Assembly (NCBI GenBank): GCA_024704765.1
Contig: JAKMXF010000309.1
Span: 287,887-351,886, forward strand
Direction of reading: 5' to 3'
DNA from: Oopsacas minuta
Taxonomy: Eukaryota; Animalia; Porifera
Length of the DNA stretch: 64,000 nucleotides
Shown here: one piece after another, positions 48,883-63,309 of the stretch
Position numbering within the stretch: the stretch's first letter is position 1
Layout: each line of letters begins with the position of its first letter
Translations under genes and position numbers: made by a program
The notes under the pieces: model-generated
The model's database searches: none
Told to the model about the DNA's origin: nothing
What the model saw: the letters and a program-made list of their open reading frames with translations, nothing else

Positions 48883-50757
48883 CTAAGATGGGATGTTACC
48901 GGGTATCTCTAGTAATTCACTATCTTTAAACTCATTTATTTCATTGTCAGTAACCTCGGCAAATATGAGATCAATCGAATCTTGATTTTCCTGATTAAAC
49001 ATATTGCCTGTTGGTAAATAACGGACTTTACTTAGACGTTTTAAACAATTTTCACTCTCTGTGAATAGAGATTGTAAGTTTTTAAGAGTTGCTTTAAAAT
49101 CCGTTGTAACTAATCCCAAGTGTTGTCGAACTTGAATTAAATCATGATTCAATAGGAATAACGCATGCTCCAATTTATTAATAGATAAATCGCCTCTGCG
49201 TTTAAAATACAGTGGAATCTCGTGAAATTCGTCGCCAGAAAATGATAACTCGTTATATATCATAGATTGCGAACCGTAGAACAACACAGGGAACCGCAAC
49301 GGCAATCTTAAAATCAACTGTAACAAAGATATGATATGTACTACAAATCCAAGTGACGTATTAATCCCAATATCCGGTATGTAAGTCTGGTTTATAGTAT
49401 TCTGTTTAGGCAATGGAATACCGAGAATAGTTGGTAGGAATATTTCCTGTGGAATCTCGAGCTTACCCGTTATCTGAGGCTCTGGGGGTATTACTATATC
49501 ATATATACTACCAAGGTTTTGTATTAGACTTAATCTTCTACATGTTATTGCATTTAGCTGGGTAACTAGTGTGTATTTACGGGTTGAATGTCTGTCACGT
49601 TTATCTTCTAATGATAATTGACTGCATTTGTGTTCTTCTATGCTCTGTTGTGTTTCTAATTGATGTACTCTGTTCTAAATTGATAAAGACCCTCTTTTTA
49701 TTGAACTATTGTTAAATTACGTATTTACAACACCCGCCATATGGAAGCTCAAGGGACCGTGATAATTACTTGGATATAACCGATAAAATAACATGTTACT
49801 TTGAAGGTTTGGCGCCATATTTGTACAATTTAAGACTTCGATATTAGCGGGGAATTCTATGTTAAGGGAGTTGACTGTATTTTAGTTTATTAACAACTTA
49901 CCTTTTCGATCACTTCAGATAAATAAGTTTTCTTCTTTTCAATAACATTTTGAAACTCCTTTTTCCTGTTCTTTAACTGATTAATACTATACCTCAAGTT
50001 CTCTAATTCTTGTGTATGTTCGTAGTGTAATTGTAACAGAACTTTGATTCCAGCACAGAAATTAGCCTTTCTTCTCTCTTCTGTGTAGGCTGCTCCTATC
50101 AATGGAGCTAGTGTGTGTAATGTAGGTAGGGAGTATGTCTTACCGAATGTTGTTGAAGAGGTGAAATCGTGAGAATAGGGAAGTTCTATGGGAAAAGAAT
50201 TATAATATACACAGAACCATGGATACATGGAATAATAGTATATGGATACTTGGTTAGAAAGAAATTTGACGTCACTTTATAATTTTCATAAATGTACAAG
50301 TACCTATTTCATGCGTAAAGACTTTCAATCCCTCTACAAGCGATCTGTCTGTGTATAGAAGATTGCTTTTACTTGCATTTCTAAGCCCGAAAAGCACCAA
50401 ATTCGGTGACGTCAAAACCCCAACTCGATGTTTCTCTATACCAACTAATTCATTCAAATCCACGGTCCATTCTAATAGTAATTTGCTAGAATTCTCTGTC
50501 ATCCAAATACGTAATATAAACCGCGATTCGCTACAGGTTAATTTATCCAGGTAAATCGTGTGAGATAGTTTCTTCCAATTAGGATTACGAGAGTTAGTAT
50601 GTTTTTCACTGCGATATAACAGTGTTGTGGGTGTAGACAGGGAGTGTAGGGTAAAGAAGAGAGATGGTATGTCTGTCGTGGACAAACGACGGAGTGATAT
50701 GTGACGTATGTGACGTATACGATAGCATACGTCAAGTTTAGGCGTATAGCTTGACAT
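48883..50757 (-). CDS. UVRAG: UV radiation resistance-associated gene protein; 3 exons 50757-50304, 50185-49902, 49674-48883, 509 aa
   Basis: C2 domain (RIRHIRHISLRR, LYRSE...NSRNPNW, LLLEW), coiled coil, BARA2-like (SLGFVVH....LPLRFP, LFLLNHDLIQVR). Confidence 0.88.
49723..49877. mobile_element. MITE family A in UVRAG intron 2
   Basis: Right TIR gggagttgactg|TA is intact; the left end is degenerate (start approximate). Confidence 0.7.
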
Positions 50758-52470
<1,713 letters not shown>

Positions 52471-52787
52471 AAATATCTAAAACTTTGACTAGTAGGTATT
52501 AGAATAAACACTACATACATATGTATGTATTTGTGTATATATAGTGAGACAGTTGAATCACACTGATTATTTTGATGATGTCATTTGTTATATAAGCATG
52601 TTATTATCGTTGTTGAATTGTTTAGGGAGACATTATACATATTTATTATTATAGATTAGGATAGAACCATTCGAATGGAAATTTCCAATATAATTGTGGT
52701 CTAAGTTTGATGAATCGAAATTCCCCCAATTACGCCCAGAAATCGCGAAATATACATATACCCTGGGTTTCACATATTTTCCAAGGT

Positions 52788-52866
52788 CAGCGGTTCTCTC
52801 ATGGATCCTTTTGTGGTCCAAGGAAGATAGCAGGGGGCTACGGGTGAAAAGGTTGGGAACCCTTGT
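52788..52866. mobile_element. MITE family B
   Basis: cagcggttctc ... ggttgggaacccttg, with shared gtggtcca core. Confidence 0.7.
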
Positions 52867-53194
52867 CCTAGGCCATGTTCCCTATGACAAAGGAACACGA
52901 ATTTCGCAGCTAATATGACCAAATATTCGCGTAATATTTCGCAATTTCGAACCCTTAGTATGAATCAAAGCTGTATATTATTTGTTTACTAAATACCTTA
53001 TAAGGTTTGTTTGCATTTTTCGAGTTTATAAATAGTTTTCGCGGCTTTTCATTCTTGATAAAATCATGTTTGATTCACTGTTTTTTACACAATATATTAT
53101 TTTATCATATTGAAAGTATTCACAGAAAGTTTATGTATGTAACACATTTTGATATATAATATTGCGAGAATTTTCTACTCTAATAGTTGGATTT

Positions 53195-56119
53195 ATGGAA
53201 GTATACACTCCCACAGAATCTGTTGAAATATGCGATTCTTCACACTTACAGATGTTGACACCAGATGACCACCAGGGGCTACTATACGTTAGAGTTGGTA
53301 CGATATACGGTGGGTATGACCCGGATTTTTTCATGGAGCCTATGGAAGATCATTTTGTATGTCCTATTTGTAAGGGCATATTGTCGTGTCCTACTCTTAT
53401 TGTAGAGTGTGGTCATGTGTTTTGTGAGAAATGTATTCAAGAAAGTAATAGGTAAGGACATGTTTCTCATCCATTGTTTTCCAGGAAACTGGGGTGTTTA
53501 ATATATACAGTGGATACTGGTTATAAAAACACCCTTGGGTTAGCAACCCTTGTTCTTGTAACCGGTAAAATATACAGGAATATATGAGAACCGTTTTCCA
53601 GAGGATGGTGCTTATATCCGGCATGTTCTTATAACCGGCATTTACTGTGGGATATTTTCGTTTTTACATCTCTGCAATTTAGACATTTCCGCGGGGATAC
53701 ACGTACACCAAAATGCCCAATGGACAATATAGCCTTACAAACAGATCTTATACAAGAAAGATTCCTGAGACGGTATCTGTTACAGAAATATGTATTTTGT
53801 CCTTTGAAAAAGAGAGGGTGCATATGGGAGGGAGATCTGAGTGAGATTGGTGGTCATCTGGATAACTGTTTATTTTTTAGGTAAATTATTATATTCTAAC
53901 AACTTATTCTGGTTTTAATTCGGTTTTAATTCTTATCCATTGTTTCATTTCACATAATAAGCAATTATTCTCTCTACTTTTTTAGAGAAATCTGTAAAGC
54001 TGGGTGTGGAAGTGTTATATATCGTAAAGATATGCAGCCTCACATCAAAGAATTATGTCCAAACAGGAAATTAAAATGTAGATACTGTAAGGATGAATTA
54101 TTATTTCGCGAGGTAGAACAGCATAATAAAGAATGCTATTACTTTCCAGTACACTGTATTAATCAGTGTGGTACATATCTAGAGCGTAAGAACCTTCATT
54201 ATCATTTGGAGACGGATTGTCCTGAGACGAGTATTGAGTGTATTTATTCAAAGTTAGTTATATTAATATGTTATGCGAAAATGGTCCCCTTATATGCTTA
54301 TTTAACCCTGGATGGTGAATTTAGTTTATCTACTTGGTTGTTCTAGGCTATTTTGAGGCACTCCTTGCATTGTTGAAGTGGATATTTACCATGAATTGTG
54401 GATATTCATGCTTGGATGTTGTTTTAGTATATTTTGAGTACCCTGATCTTGATTCGAAGGAGAAATTGTGTAAGAAACATAAAATATACTAAATCCACCT
54501 TCCATAGTCACAAGCATATCGAGAACCATTTTTGATGTCAAAAAATTATAGCACTCTAAAATCCATGGTTCGCTTATCTAATACCTAAGAATCTACACAA
54601 CTAATGAATTTAACTAAATTCCTTATGGAAGATTCAATTCGCTGCAATACAAGTATTCTTTATATACTATAAGTTCACACATAACAACAGTATATGGTAA
54701 TAGGAATTATTTATAGATATGGCTGTGATTTCCGCTCACCACGTAAAGCAATGACAGAGCACATGAAACAGAGGATAGAGCACCATCTCAATTGTATTTT
54801 GACTTATACGAGTAATCTTGAAAAGATGTGTATTAATCTACATTCCAAATACTCACAGTTGGAGAATAGAATGGAGACAGTGTGTAAATTGAATTCTGTA
54901 TCTTCTGAAGGTAGGATATGGGATTTTTACCTTGTTATGAGAAATATTTAACCATGGCTGGTGGATTTAGTTTTTCTGCTTGGATGTTGTTTTAGGTGAT
55001 TTTAGGCATTTCTCGCTTGGCTGGAGGGAGGATTCTATATATTGAACATAAATACACGAAATCTACCATCCATGGTTAAATATCTAATTAGCACCTAGTA
55101 GGGACCATTTTTGTCAAAACGTGATGCCATTTTACTGTAAATTATTAATAATAGATTCTTCCTATTCATCAGTCTCACATCGAGTTAAGCATTCTACTTG
55201 CAATGAATTTACTTCAATGGATGACGTCATTGACACGGGATCATCTAGTTACCCTATGGTATCTGGGCTGCATACGCCCTCGTGTCAAGCTAATAACAAT
55301 GAAGTGTTCTCTTGCAGGAGAATGTCTGACATCATGATAAATAATTCTTCTAATTATCACGTGGGTACCACGGATGCAGCTGTAAGCTTTACATGGCATA
55401 TTTATGACGTAAGTATTTAGCAGTTAGTGTTGCCATATAATGAAAAAGTTCATAGAATTCGGCTTTGGCATGAATTTTGTGGTCACATCATCTGGTAACA
55501 CTGATATCCAAGGTTTCACTGTAGCATTTTACATTATTATCCATGGCTCAATGATCGTATTGTAGGTTGAAGAGAAAATGCAGAATGAAGAGGAGGTATT
55601 TTCTGATGCTTTCTTTTCAGGGCCAGAAGGATACAAGTTCTGTCTGAGTGCAGATATGAATGGCTATGAATCAGGAGAGGGAACTCATTTGTCTGTGTTT
55701 ATTCATATGATGAAGGGAGCTAATGATCATAATATATCATGGCCCTTTAAAGGAAAATTCATTGTTACACTTTTGAATCAGATTGAAAATGATAGACATC
55801 ATTCTATAGGTTAGAATTTTAATTCTGAGAATTTCATAGTATAAAGTTATAAATAGACAGGTTTATCATATGATTAATCATTCGAGATTTTGTTTCAACG
55901 GCTATTCACTTTTTAGAAATTCAAGCTGGAGAAGCAAATATCAATGCTTTTCGTTGTCCAGAGCAAAGTCGAGGTACTCATGGCTGGGGGTCTCACGAGT
56001 TTATTTCTCACGAAGAGTTGAAAGCCATATCGCTATCTTGTCAATATTTGAAAAGTGATTCAATACATATTAGAGTTACAGCTGATTCAGAGGTCAAGCT
56101 ACCTATATGGCTATGGTGA
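53195..56119 (+). CDS. TNF receptor-associated factor (RING - TRAF zinc fingers - coiled coil - MATH); 7 exons, 538 aa
   Basis: Exons 53195-53451, 53683-53880, 53986-54252, 54717-54910, 55155-55408, 55566-55809, 55917-56119 sum to 1617 nt in frame. RING CPICKGIL...CGHVFC; MATH GYKFCL...GTHLSVF..MKG..D...WPF. Confidence 0.9.
53508..53647. mobile_element. MITE with TIR CAGT.GAT.CCGGTTATAAGAACA; related copies at 3917-4057 and ~47396-47460
   Basis: The internal segment (aatatacaggaatatatgagaac...ccagaggatggtgcttatatccgg) is nearly identical between the PPIL2 and TRAF introns. Confidence 0.8.
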
Positions 56120-56179
56120 TAAATGGAGGTAATGAGCTAATTGGCCACTTGAAATCACCCCAGCTTGCATACGTCACTA

Positions 56180-56278
56180 CAGTGTGAGCTCCACAAAAGG
56201 GTATCGGGGACCCCCGCCGAAAAATGCTACCCCGTTTCCCCATTTCTGCTCAATTCTCCGTTTGTGGAGGTTTCACTG
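56180..56278. mobile_element. MITE family C
   Basis: TA|cagtgtgagctccacaaa ... tttgtggaggtttcactg|TA. Confidence 0.8.
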
Positions 56279-59200
56279 TATTAGATGCAAATATTTTCTA
56301 CTTTTAAAATTTAATTTGTCGATTGTACAATTTCATAATCGTTCTAGTATCACTATAAATATCAGTGGTAGATCTATGTATAGCGTTATAACCATGTGAT
56401 TGATGCTAATTTATCTAAATTGTACTTAAAATGGTAGACTTTGCAGGCAATCAGCTCGCCTACCTTATCTACTCTGCACTATGGTCGAGTAATTCAGTTT
56501 GTTATGGCCAATGTCTACCCAATTATTCTGGTATCATCAGTTTAACCGAGGAATAGATTTCAGTTCCGTCGAAAAATCATTTTTATTTTAAAATTTGGAA
56601 GTTGTGGTCTGTTTTGGGGTAATATTTCTTCTACCTGCAGATAATTGTAACCACTTTTGTTTGTGTTTTATAGAATTATGAGGAATTTACAGCTCTACAA
56701 TTCTTGAGTTAAATAAATCTGTAACTTGTAATATATTATAATACATCTGCATTACATGTTTAATACATTCCATTGCTGTAATTTTGTAACTATGTTGTAT
56801 TTATGTAACCAATATTTATATTATTAAACTAGTTCATGAGATGTTTATATTTTAATTTTTCACCCACGTGACCCTTCCCATAGGCTCCAATACAAATTTT
56901 GAGATTCTGTAGACCCTCTGCTGTCGTCAGTGGACCCTAGGTGGGATCCGCTGATATAGGAGAATTTTCGAATCGAACCTTTGATAAACTTTCAGCTCTT
57001 AACCCTTTAGGTAATGTCTAAATGAATTCCTAAGGGAACATTGGTTTCCAGGGGCGTATCTATAATAATTTGTGGACGCAGGCCTGAGAAAGGAGGAAGT
57101 CTAATTATTGAACTGAATGAACCCTAATCTACCTAAAATGAATAATGATCCAATTGTTATTAATAAATAATCAACACAACATACACAATGGTTTATCAAT
57201 ATATGCGAACTACCTCTTTTTATGATGGAATACACATATTAGCTTATTTCACGGTAAAGGGAGAGGAGCTTGCAAACACATTGTAATTATAGGTTTACTG
57301 ATTCGCCAGCATAATTTTGTTTTTTTTTCAATATTCAGTCTACTGCCCACACCCTTTAAGCAATAATTATAATTATAAAGAAGTATACTGGATTCTAAGT
57401 CAAATATGATAATAGTTCTAAGCGTAGTATTACAAAATCAGAACCCCAGCTGATTATCTCAATACGATACACAGTTTTAGAAATTCGAACCAAATTAGAA
57501 ATCTAAAAATAAATTTCTATATTGCTCTCGAATTATATGTTATTGATCTTTTTCTAATGAGTATTGCGAGTATAAATTTATAAACCTCTTGAAAATAAAT
57601 ATGCTATGACGCTGCCATTTTGGATAATGCTATGCTAAGTCTTTTGAAAATGTTTATCAACAAAATCAAATTAATTATATCAAAAGATCGTAAAATTACC
57701 TACTAATCATAAATTCCCCGTTATCGTTACGGAATCAAATTTCTATTTTAACTACTAGTTGTCATAAACACGAATGTTGTATTTTCGTAGGTGAATATTA
57801 ATGACTGTGTAATCATGCAACGTCACTACAGTTATTTGTTCGACAGCAGTTGCTGAGACAGGTCCGAACAAAAACTTATCAAAATTTCAGATGACGATGT
57901 TGATGTCGTTGGAATTGGTGACGATCCTCTAACACAACTAGGGGTAAAATCGATACTTTCAAATCTATTTTACGCATTTTTCAATACTGATTCTTATTCT
58001 ATTTTTATCCAGATATTGTTAGTATGTTCTACTGTGAATAAAATTATGAATTATAGGTGATGAAATACGCTAGTTTTTCTGTTTAAAATACAACGGAAAC
58101 TGGTTGATATGAGCACTAACGGACGGTCAAAATTGTTTCTGGAGTAATACCAAATGGGGGACCTGATTTGTTGATATGTTTGTTGTTCGTCTTGTCCGGA
58201 AATTCCTATTAAACCTGTTCTTATTAACGAGATTCCACTGTGTGTATATTATGGGACCAAATATATTTTAGAATTTCTGGAGTTAAGTTTATTGATTGCA
58301 TGATAACTCGCATGAACGTACTCTTTGATCTGGATAGCTTGATTATTACTACGGAATATTTTGAATTTACCCAAATGTAATTTCCAGGAAACTTAACATT
58401 TGCATTGCATTGCGATAGTAACACTCTTCTTTCATGTAAGGAAATTATTAGCATAATTAGTAACTCTTTTGTTGGGAAGAAAATTATACCTAAGTTAATC
58501 AGTTCAAAAATTCCAGACAATATTATGGAGTGCTGAAAGACATTTATAAGCAATTTTACCTTAAAATACTATGTAATTTTACAAAAATTCTAGGAACAAG
58601 TGTCCATAATACTTCAAACAAACAACACATCTGCACACAACTGTGCTTAGTTTAATTGCGTAGGCTAGGCCATGAAGCTTTACTCAACATCTTTTTGCAA
58701 TGTCCAAACCAAATATACTAGCCTTAATTAAAAACTTATTAAAGTTTCACTAATCTCTGTCTCCCTTAGCAGATATTTTGAGCCCTGCCTACAATATAAC
58801 TACGCCTGAGTAGTGTTTTGTTAAAACTTTCTAATTTTAGGTTTAAAGGTATAATTTTAGATTTCGCATTTAATACGCGTTGCCTGTTATAAGAACTATC
58901 TAATTTTAGAATAATTATTAAATTGTATTTAGTGCCCACATTCCAAAGCACCCAACATGCAGGCATGGCAACAACGAAACTGACTCATGGTATGTGACAT
59001 GTATAATTGAAATGATCATGTGTGTACTTATCAGGTATTTACGAGGACATTTCTGCAATTCTGTTCACCAAAAATGCTTACATACTAGATTTGGACTTCA
59101 CTTAGATATTTAATCTTACTCCAAATTCCTTAATGAATTACTTAATGGTGCATTCCAGGGCAGGCAAATGGGCTGTCCTTCCACTAGGATTCAAGGTCAT

Positions 59201-61630
59201 TTTTCTAAGAATTTCAAATTATCATTTAATGATTTGCATTTTCTTGTTGTTCCCAAGCACTAATATACCGGAAACTATGATTTAAGTACAAACTTGTTGA
59301 TTAAGAATTCTTATGAATATTTATATCATATGCATTTTTACGAATCAGTTTACAAAACACACAAATATCAATCATTAAATTTATATAATAATATTAGCAA
59401 AAACAGGGTAATCTTTTTCTATTTATATACACAAACTGCAATGTGGCTATTTTTGCCAGATTATACGCAGCTGTATTCATACGTACTTTCACTGGAACTT
59501 CTACTAATGATATATTAATGAAATTGAATTCAAGATTGTAATATTACATTACGAATACAACAATGCATTGTATGTCCGTTTTAAATCTAAACTTCACCTT
59601 AAAAGGTTTAGTCAATGGTGTAGATTTATATTACTGTCATGATCGTGTGTTTCAATTTGAATATTAATCACTTTCAGTGTATTATATTCTATCCAATTTT
59701 TGATGCCTGCAAATTTTCTAATTTTGCTTTAGCAATCTATTTGCCATTAGAAGTTTTCAATGAATTTTAAATTAGTTTTTCTGACCCAGAGACATACTTA
59801 ACAACACCTTTGTAATTATTTCACTGTCGAGATCCCTGGATGATTGGGAAGCATGTATAGATATCCAGGAAAGTTTGAAATAATAAGAGATTGTAATCAC
59901 TCAATTTGGAAAAATACAAATTGCTATCAATATGATTTCATATGGAAGATGTGTATTTGCTAACCAAATCAAATAAAGGATGATTTAATACACGAGGAAT
60001 ATTATGAAATATTACCCTGTCTTATTCAGATCATCAAATATATGATTACATTCGGGTTTCTTGTAATACTTTGTATCATATTCTAATAGCACGAGCTATA
60101 TATATATCAGGAGATTTATATTATTAGGATATTACAAATAGTTTAATTGTAATCTAATGTAAGCGTATTTTGGGGAAATATTTCTTTTGTGTGATTTGAA
60201 AGGAAGTTTATTTTATAGTATACTCTATTATGTATCACCAAGCAAAAGATCATTTGTATGACAAATATTCCTAGAGCGAAGTTTACAATCGTAAAAATGG
60301 GGTCAAGTCATACAAATTGATTTTTTCTTATTTTGATGTAATAAAAAATGCCTTACATTTGTCTTACACACTATTTTTGAGTCTTTTTTGGGAAGAATTG
60401 TCTTTGAAATGTATCAACATTCATTTGCATAATTATCAGTATTTTTTGTCATCTTTGGAGGCGAAAATCATCAAAATTGATGTTGTCATCATAAATCCAA
60501 TAAATATAAAATATTTGTCATTACCGTAAGCTCCATTATTCCCGCTTTTCCTGCGGACTATATTAATTCAAATTCGGTTGTTTTGACTTGAAAACATGCG
60601 AGGAAAATTGACTATGAATACATTTTTCTGTTCTTTGAAGTCAATTCCCCCGATATGAATTATTGCTTAATTATAGGAACCGAAGTTAATTAATCTCTAA
60701 TTGATACTGAACTGAATTTTAGAAATCATGCTTGTAAAAATTTACATTATTAAACATAGCACGCAAACACTTGGTGGCGTCCGTGGGTTCGTGTAGATGC
60801 AAAATTTGATGCTTTAAATTCAAATTATATACAGACAGTATTCTAATGTCAAAAACTGGGGGAAATAGCGGCGGGACTCCGGTGTTTTACAGGTTTTTGA
60901 AATTCATTCTATCAATTTCAAAATTTCGTTGGTCAAAATAGCAGAGATTTCGTCTCTACATTTCTATTAACCAAATACTACCGGGAAAATGTGTGATTTT
61001 ATGACGTTAAAAGGTGATAAAATCTCGTTTTTGCCGCGGGAATTGATTAAAACGAAGCGGTAAATTTTTATGTTCCTTTTCTTATGAACGTAAAACTTCG
61101 GCCGCGATCGGTTAAAAATATGATTTCATATTTAAAAAATCTTTGTTTTAATTCTCCCACATTTAAGATTACTAACTTTACTTTGGTAAGCTCTTAAAGA
61201 ATATGCGATTGGGACACAGTGATTTCCCTAATTTTAATCGATTATTCTCCAAAACTTTTATGAAAGTGATCACGGTTAAATTATGGTTTTTATGTAAAGT
61301 TTCCGTTAAAACATTATTTCAATTTCTGGAATTGTGGCGTATTTAGATTTATCCCTTGGTCATGCTCCTACCCGATATCGTTATGAAAGGATTACACATA
61401 TACACTATTATATTGCACTTTATAGATATGGTAATTTTGGGCTAGATTTTAACTATAAAATTGGCTTGAAAAATTATTTCTACATAGTTACGATTGTTTC
61501 TGATTGGAATTTGATTGTTAAGGCAAATTGATGCAATATCGTGAACAGGATTATTTTCCGACATTTCCTAATTATAGGGTAAGTCTAATATTTATGAGAA
61601 AATTATTTATTTAAATAACAAATAGATTTA

Positions 61631-61753
61631 CTGTCACCTCCAGTTATATCGAAGCCCCGCGATAATTACTTCGATATATGACCGATGAATTTATGTGTCA
61701 CTTTACGACCATATTTGTACACTTTAGGACTTCAATATAACGAGAGTTGATTG
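61631..61753. mobile_element. MITE family A
   Basis: Both TIRs recognisable, TA flanks. Confidence 0.8.
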
Positions 61754-62254
61754 TATTCTTAAATATATCAATTCTTATATTTTCCCCCAATTGGAAATTT
61801 AAGAATTGAATTTTGGCTATAAAAGGAATTATTCCAAATAATTGGTATCTATATTGAGCCTAGCATATAGTTGAATTCGCCGATTTATCCAAATACTACA
61901 AATAATTCGCTCTGCTGCTGGAAAAATTTTTGAAAAATCATTGGCTATCTTCTGACGAACTTCTGACAATCTATTGGGCTAAATTTGTCTAGAATTCCAT
62001 TACTATTTCAAGGAAAGTACTGTAATACAGTTCTCCTATTTCCCACTCAAATTTTGGCCACATAATACAATAATAAACTAAAAGTAAATAATTGCAATTG
62101 GAACCAAAATGTCCCTGCAAACACAGACAACCACAATTTGAGTGGTTAAACTTTTAAACTTTCAAACTTTCAATATGATTTTCTATATAAGTGGAGTGAA
62201 TAAGTTTTTTGAAAAGTTCCAATTCACTTTAAATCTATTCAAAATTTGTTCTTG

Positions 62255-62597
62255 ATGAATGAAAGAAATCTGTTTGATCAATTTCCAAATCCTTGTCAAT
62301 TCAAAAATAATAATTGGCCGAAATGTAGTGCAGAGCCGGACATACGAATCAAATGCGAGGATGGAAATTACAATAAGTTGTATAAAAATTTATATTCTTA
62401 TTCGCCCTCCTACCAGGAACAACCCAGCTACTTTGATTCAGACAGGAAGCCTCAAATTAATAAGAATGTACATTTATCATGTAATATTCCAGGAGGGCAA
62501 CATCAAATGGATCAAACTAATTTCTATTACGGCGCCGGAGGTAACCATCAGGTTCCCGGGAGTGAAGATTCAATCAACTATGATACAAGTTCCAACG
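62255..62597 (+). CDS. Probable alternative first coding exon of the bZIP gene
   Basis: The 114-codon ORF ends at a strong donor (AACG|gtaagt, phase 1) that matches a phase-1 acceptor tattttttcccattcag|AA at 63440 in the bZIP frame. Confidence 0.5.
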
Positions 62598-62821
62598 GTA
62601 AGTTCCATTATTTAATATTTGGTGGTTCACTTTCTATTTTAGTCATGTTTTTATTCATGACTAAAATAGAATTTAAAATATAAATTTTTTGAAGTTATTG
62701 CCGCCTAAAATTTTATTTCTAACCATAAATTGATTTTTTTATACTTTATATGAACAAAAATTATACTACGGGTTTTTACAAAATATTCGAACACCATTTG
62801 GAATGATAAATTTGGATTTCA

Positions 62822-62961
62822 CAGTGGTGGATCAAGGATTATTCAAAGGTGAGGGGTTAAGCTTGATCGTTGCGAGCACTTTACGTGTGTCTGGGTATTA
62901 ATTGCTAAATACATTTCCACGTAATAATAATAGGTGGCTTCAGTCCATCGATCCGCCCCTG
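62822..62961. mobile_element. MITE with TIR CAG.GG.GGATC; partial copy at ~31497
   Basis: cagtggtggatc ... gatccgcccctg, and shared ttgcgagcacttta. Confidence 0.6.
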
Positions 62962-63309
62962 CCTTCATAAGGCACACCCACTTAATTGACACTTCCCTTA
63001 TGGATCTGAAGTATGCCCAGCTCATAGAGATAATACAAAATATGTCGCACAATTTACCGACTACAAAAACGCCAATTAAGGCGTTTTGATCTTTTTATGC
63101 AACTAACTTTATGCAAATACGAAAATCAAATCTAAGTAATAATTCCTTTCGTCTATAAAATATCCAAGCAAAAATAAATAATATTCAACGTGCAAACAGG
63201 TTTACGCAATAGAACTGAAACATCTGAGTGTAGAATTGCTAATTAGCTTACCTCGCACTCCCAAAGTATAAATAATATTTTTCATTAATTCCTTACATTC
63301 CTCGCAAAA

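Noticed and set aside
49447-49466. Apparent GT-AG 20-nt intron in UVRAG exon 3
   Set aside because: Too short, and in-frame read-through gives the expected TILGIPLP motif.
58224-60600. Short ORFs and possible decayed transposase fragments in the bZIP upstream gap
   Set aside because: No identifiable motif in any frame; AT-rich chance ORFs.
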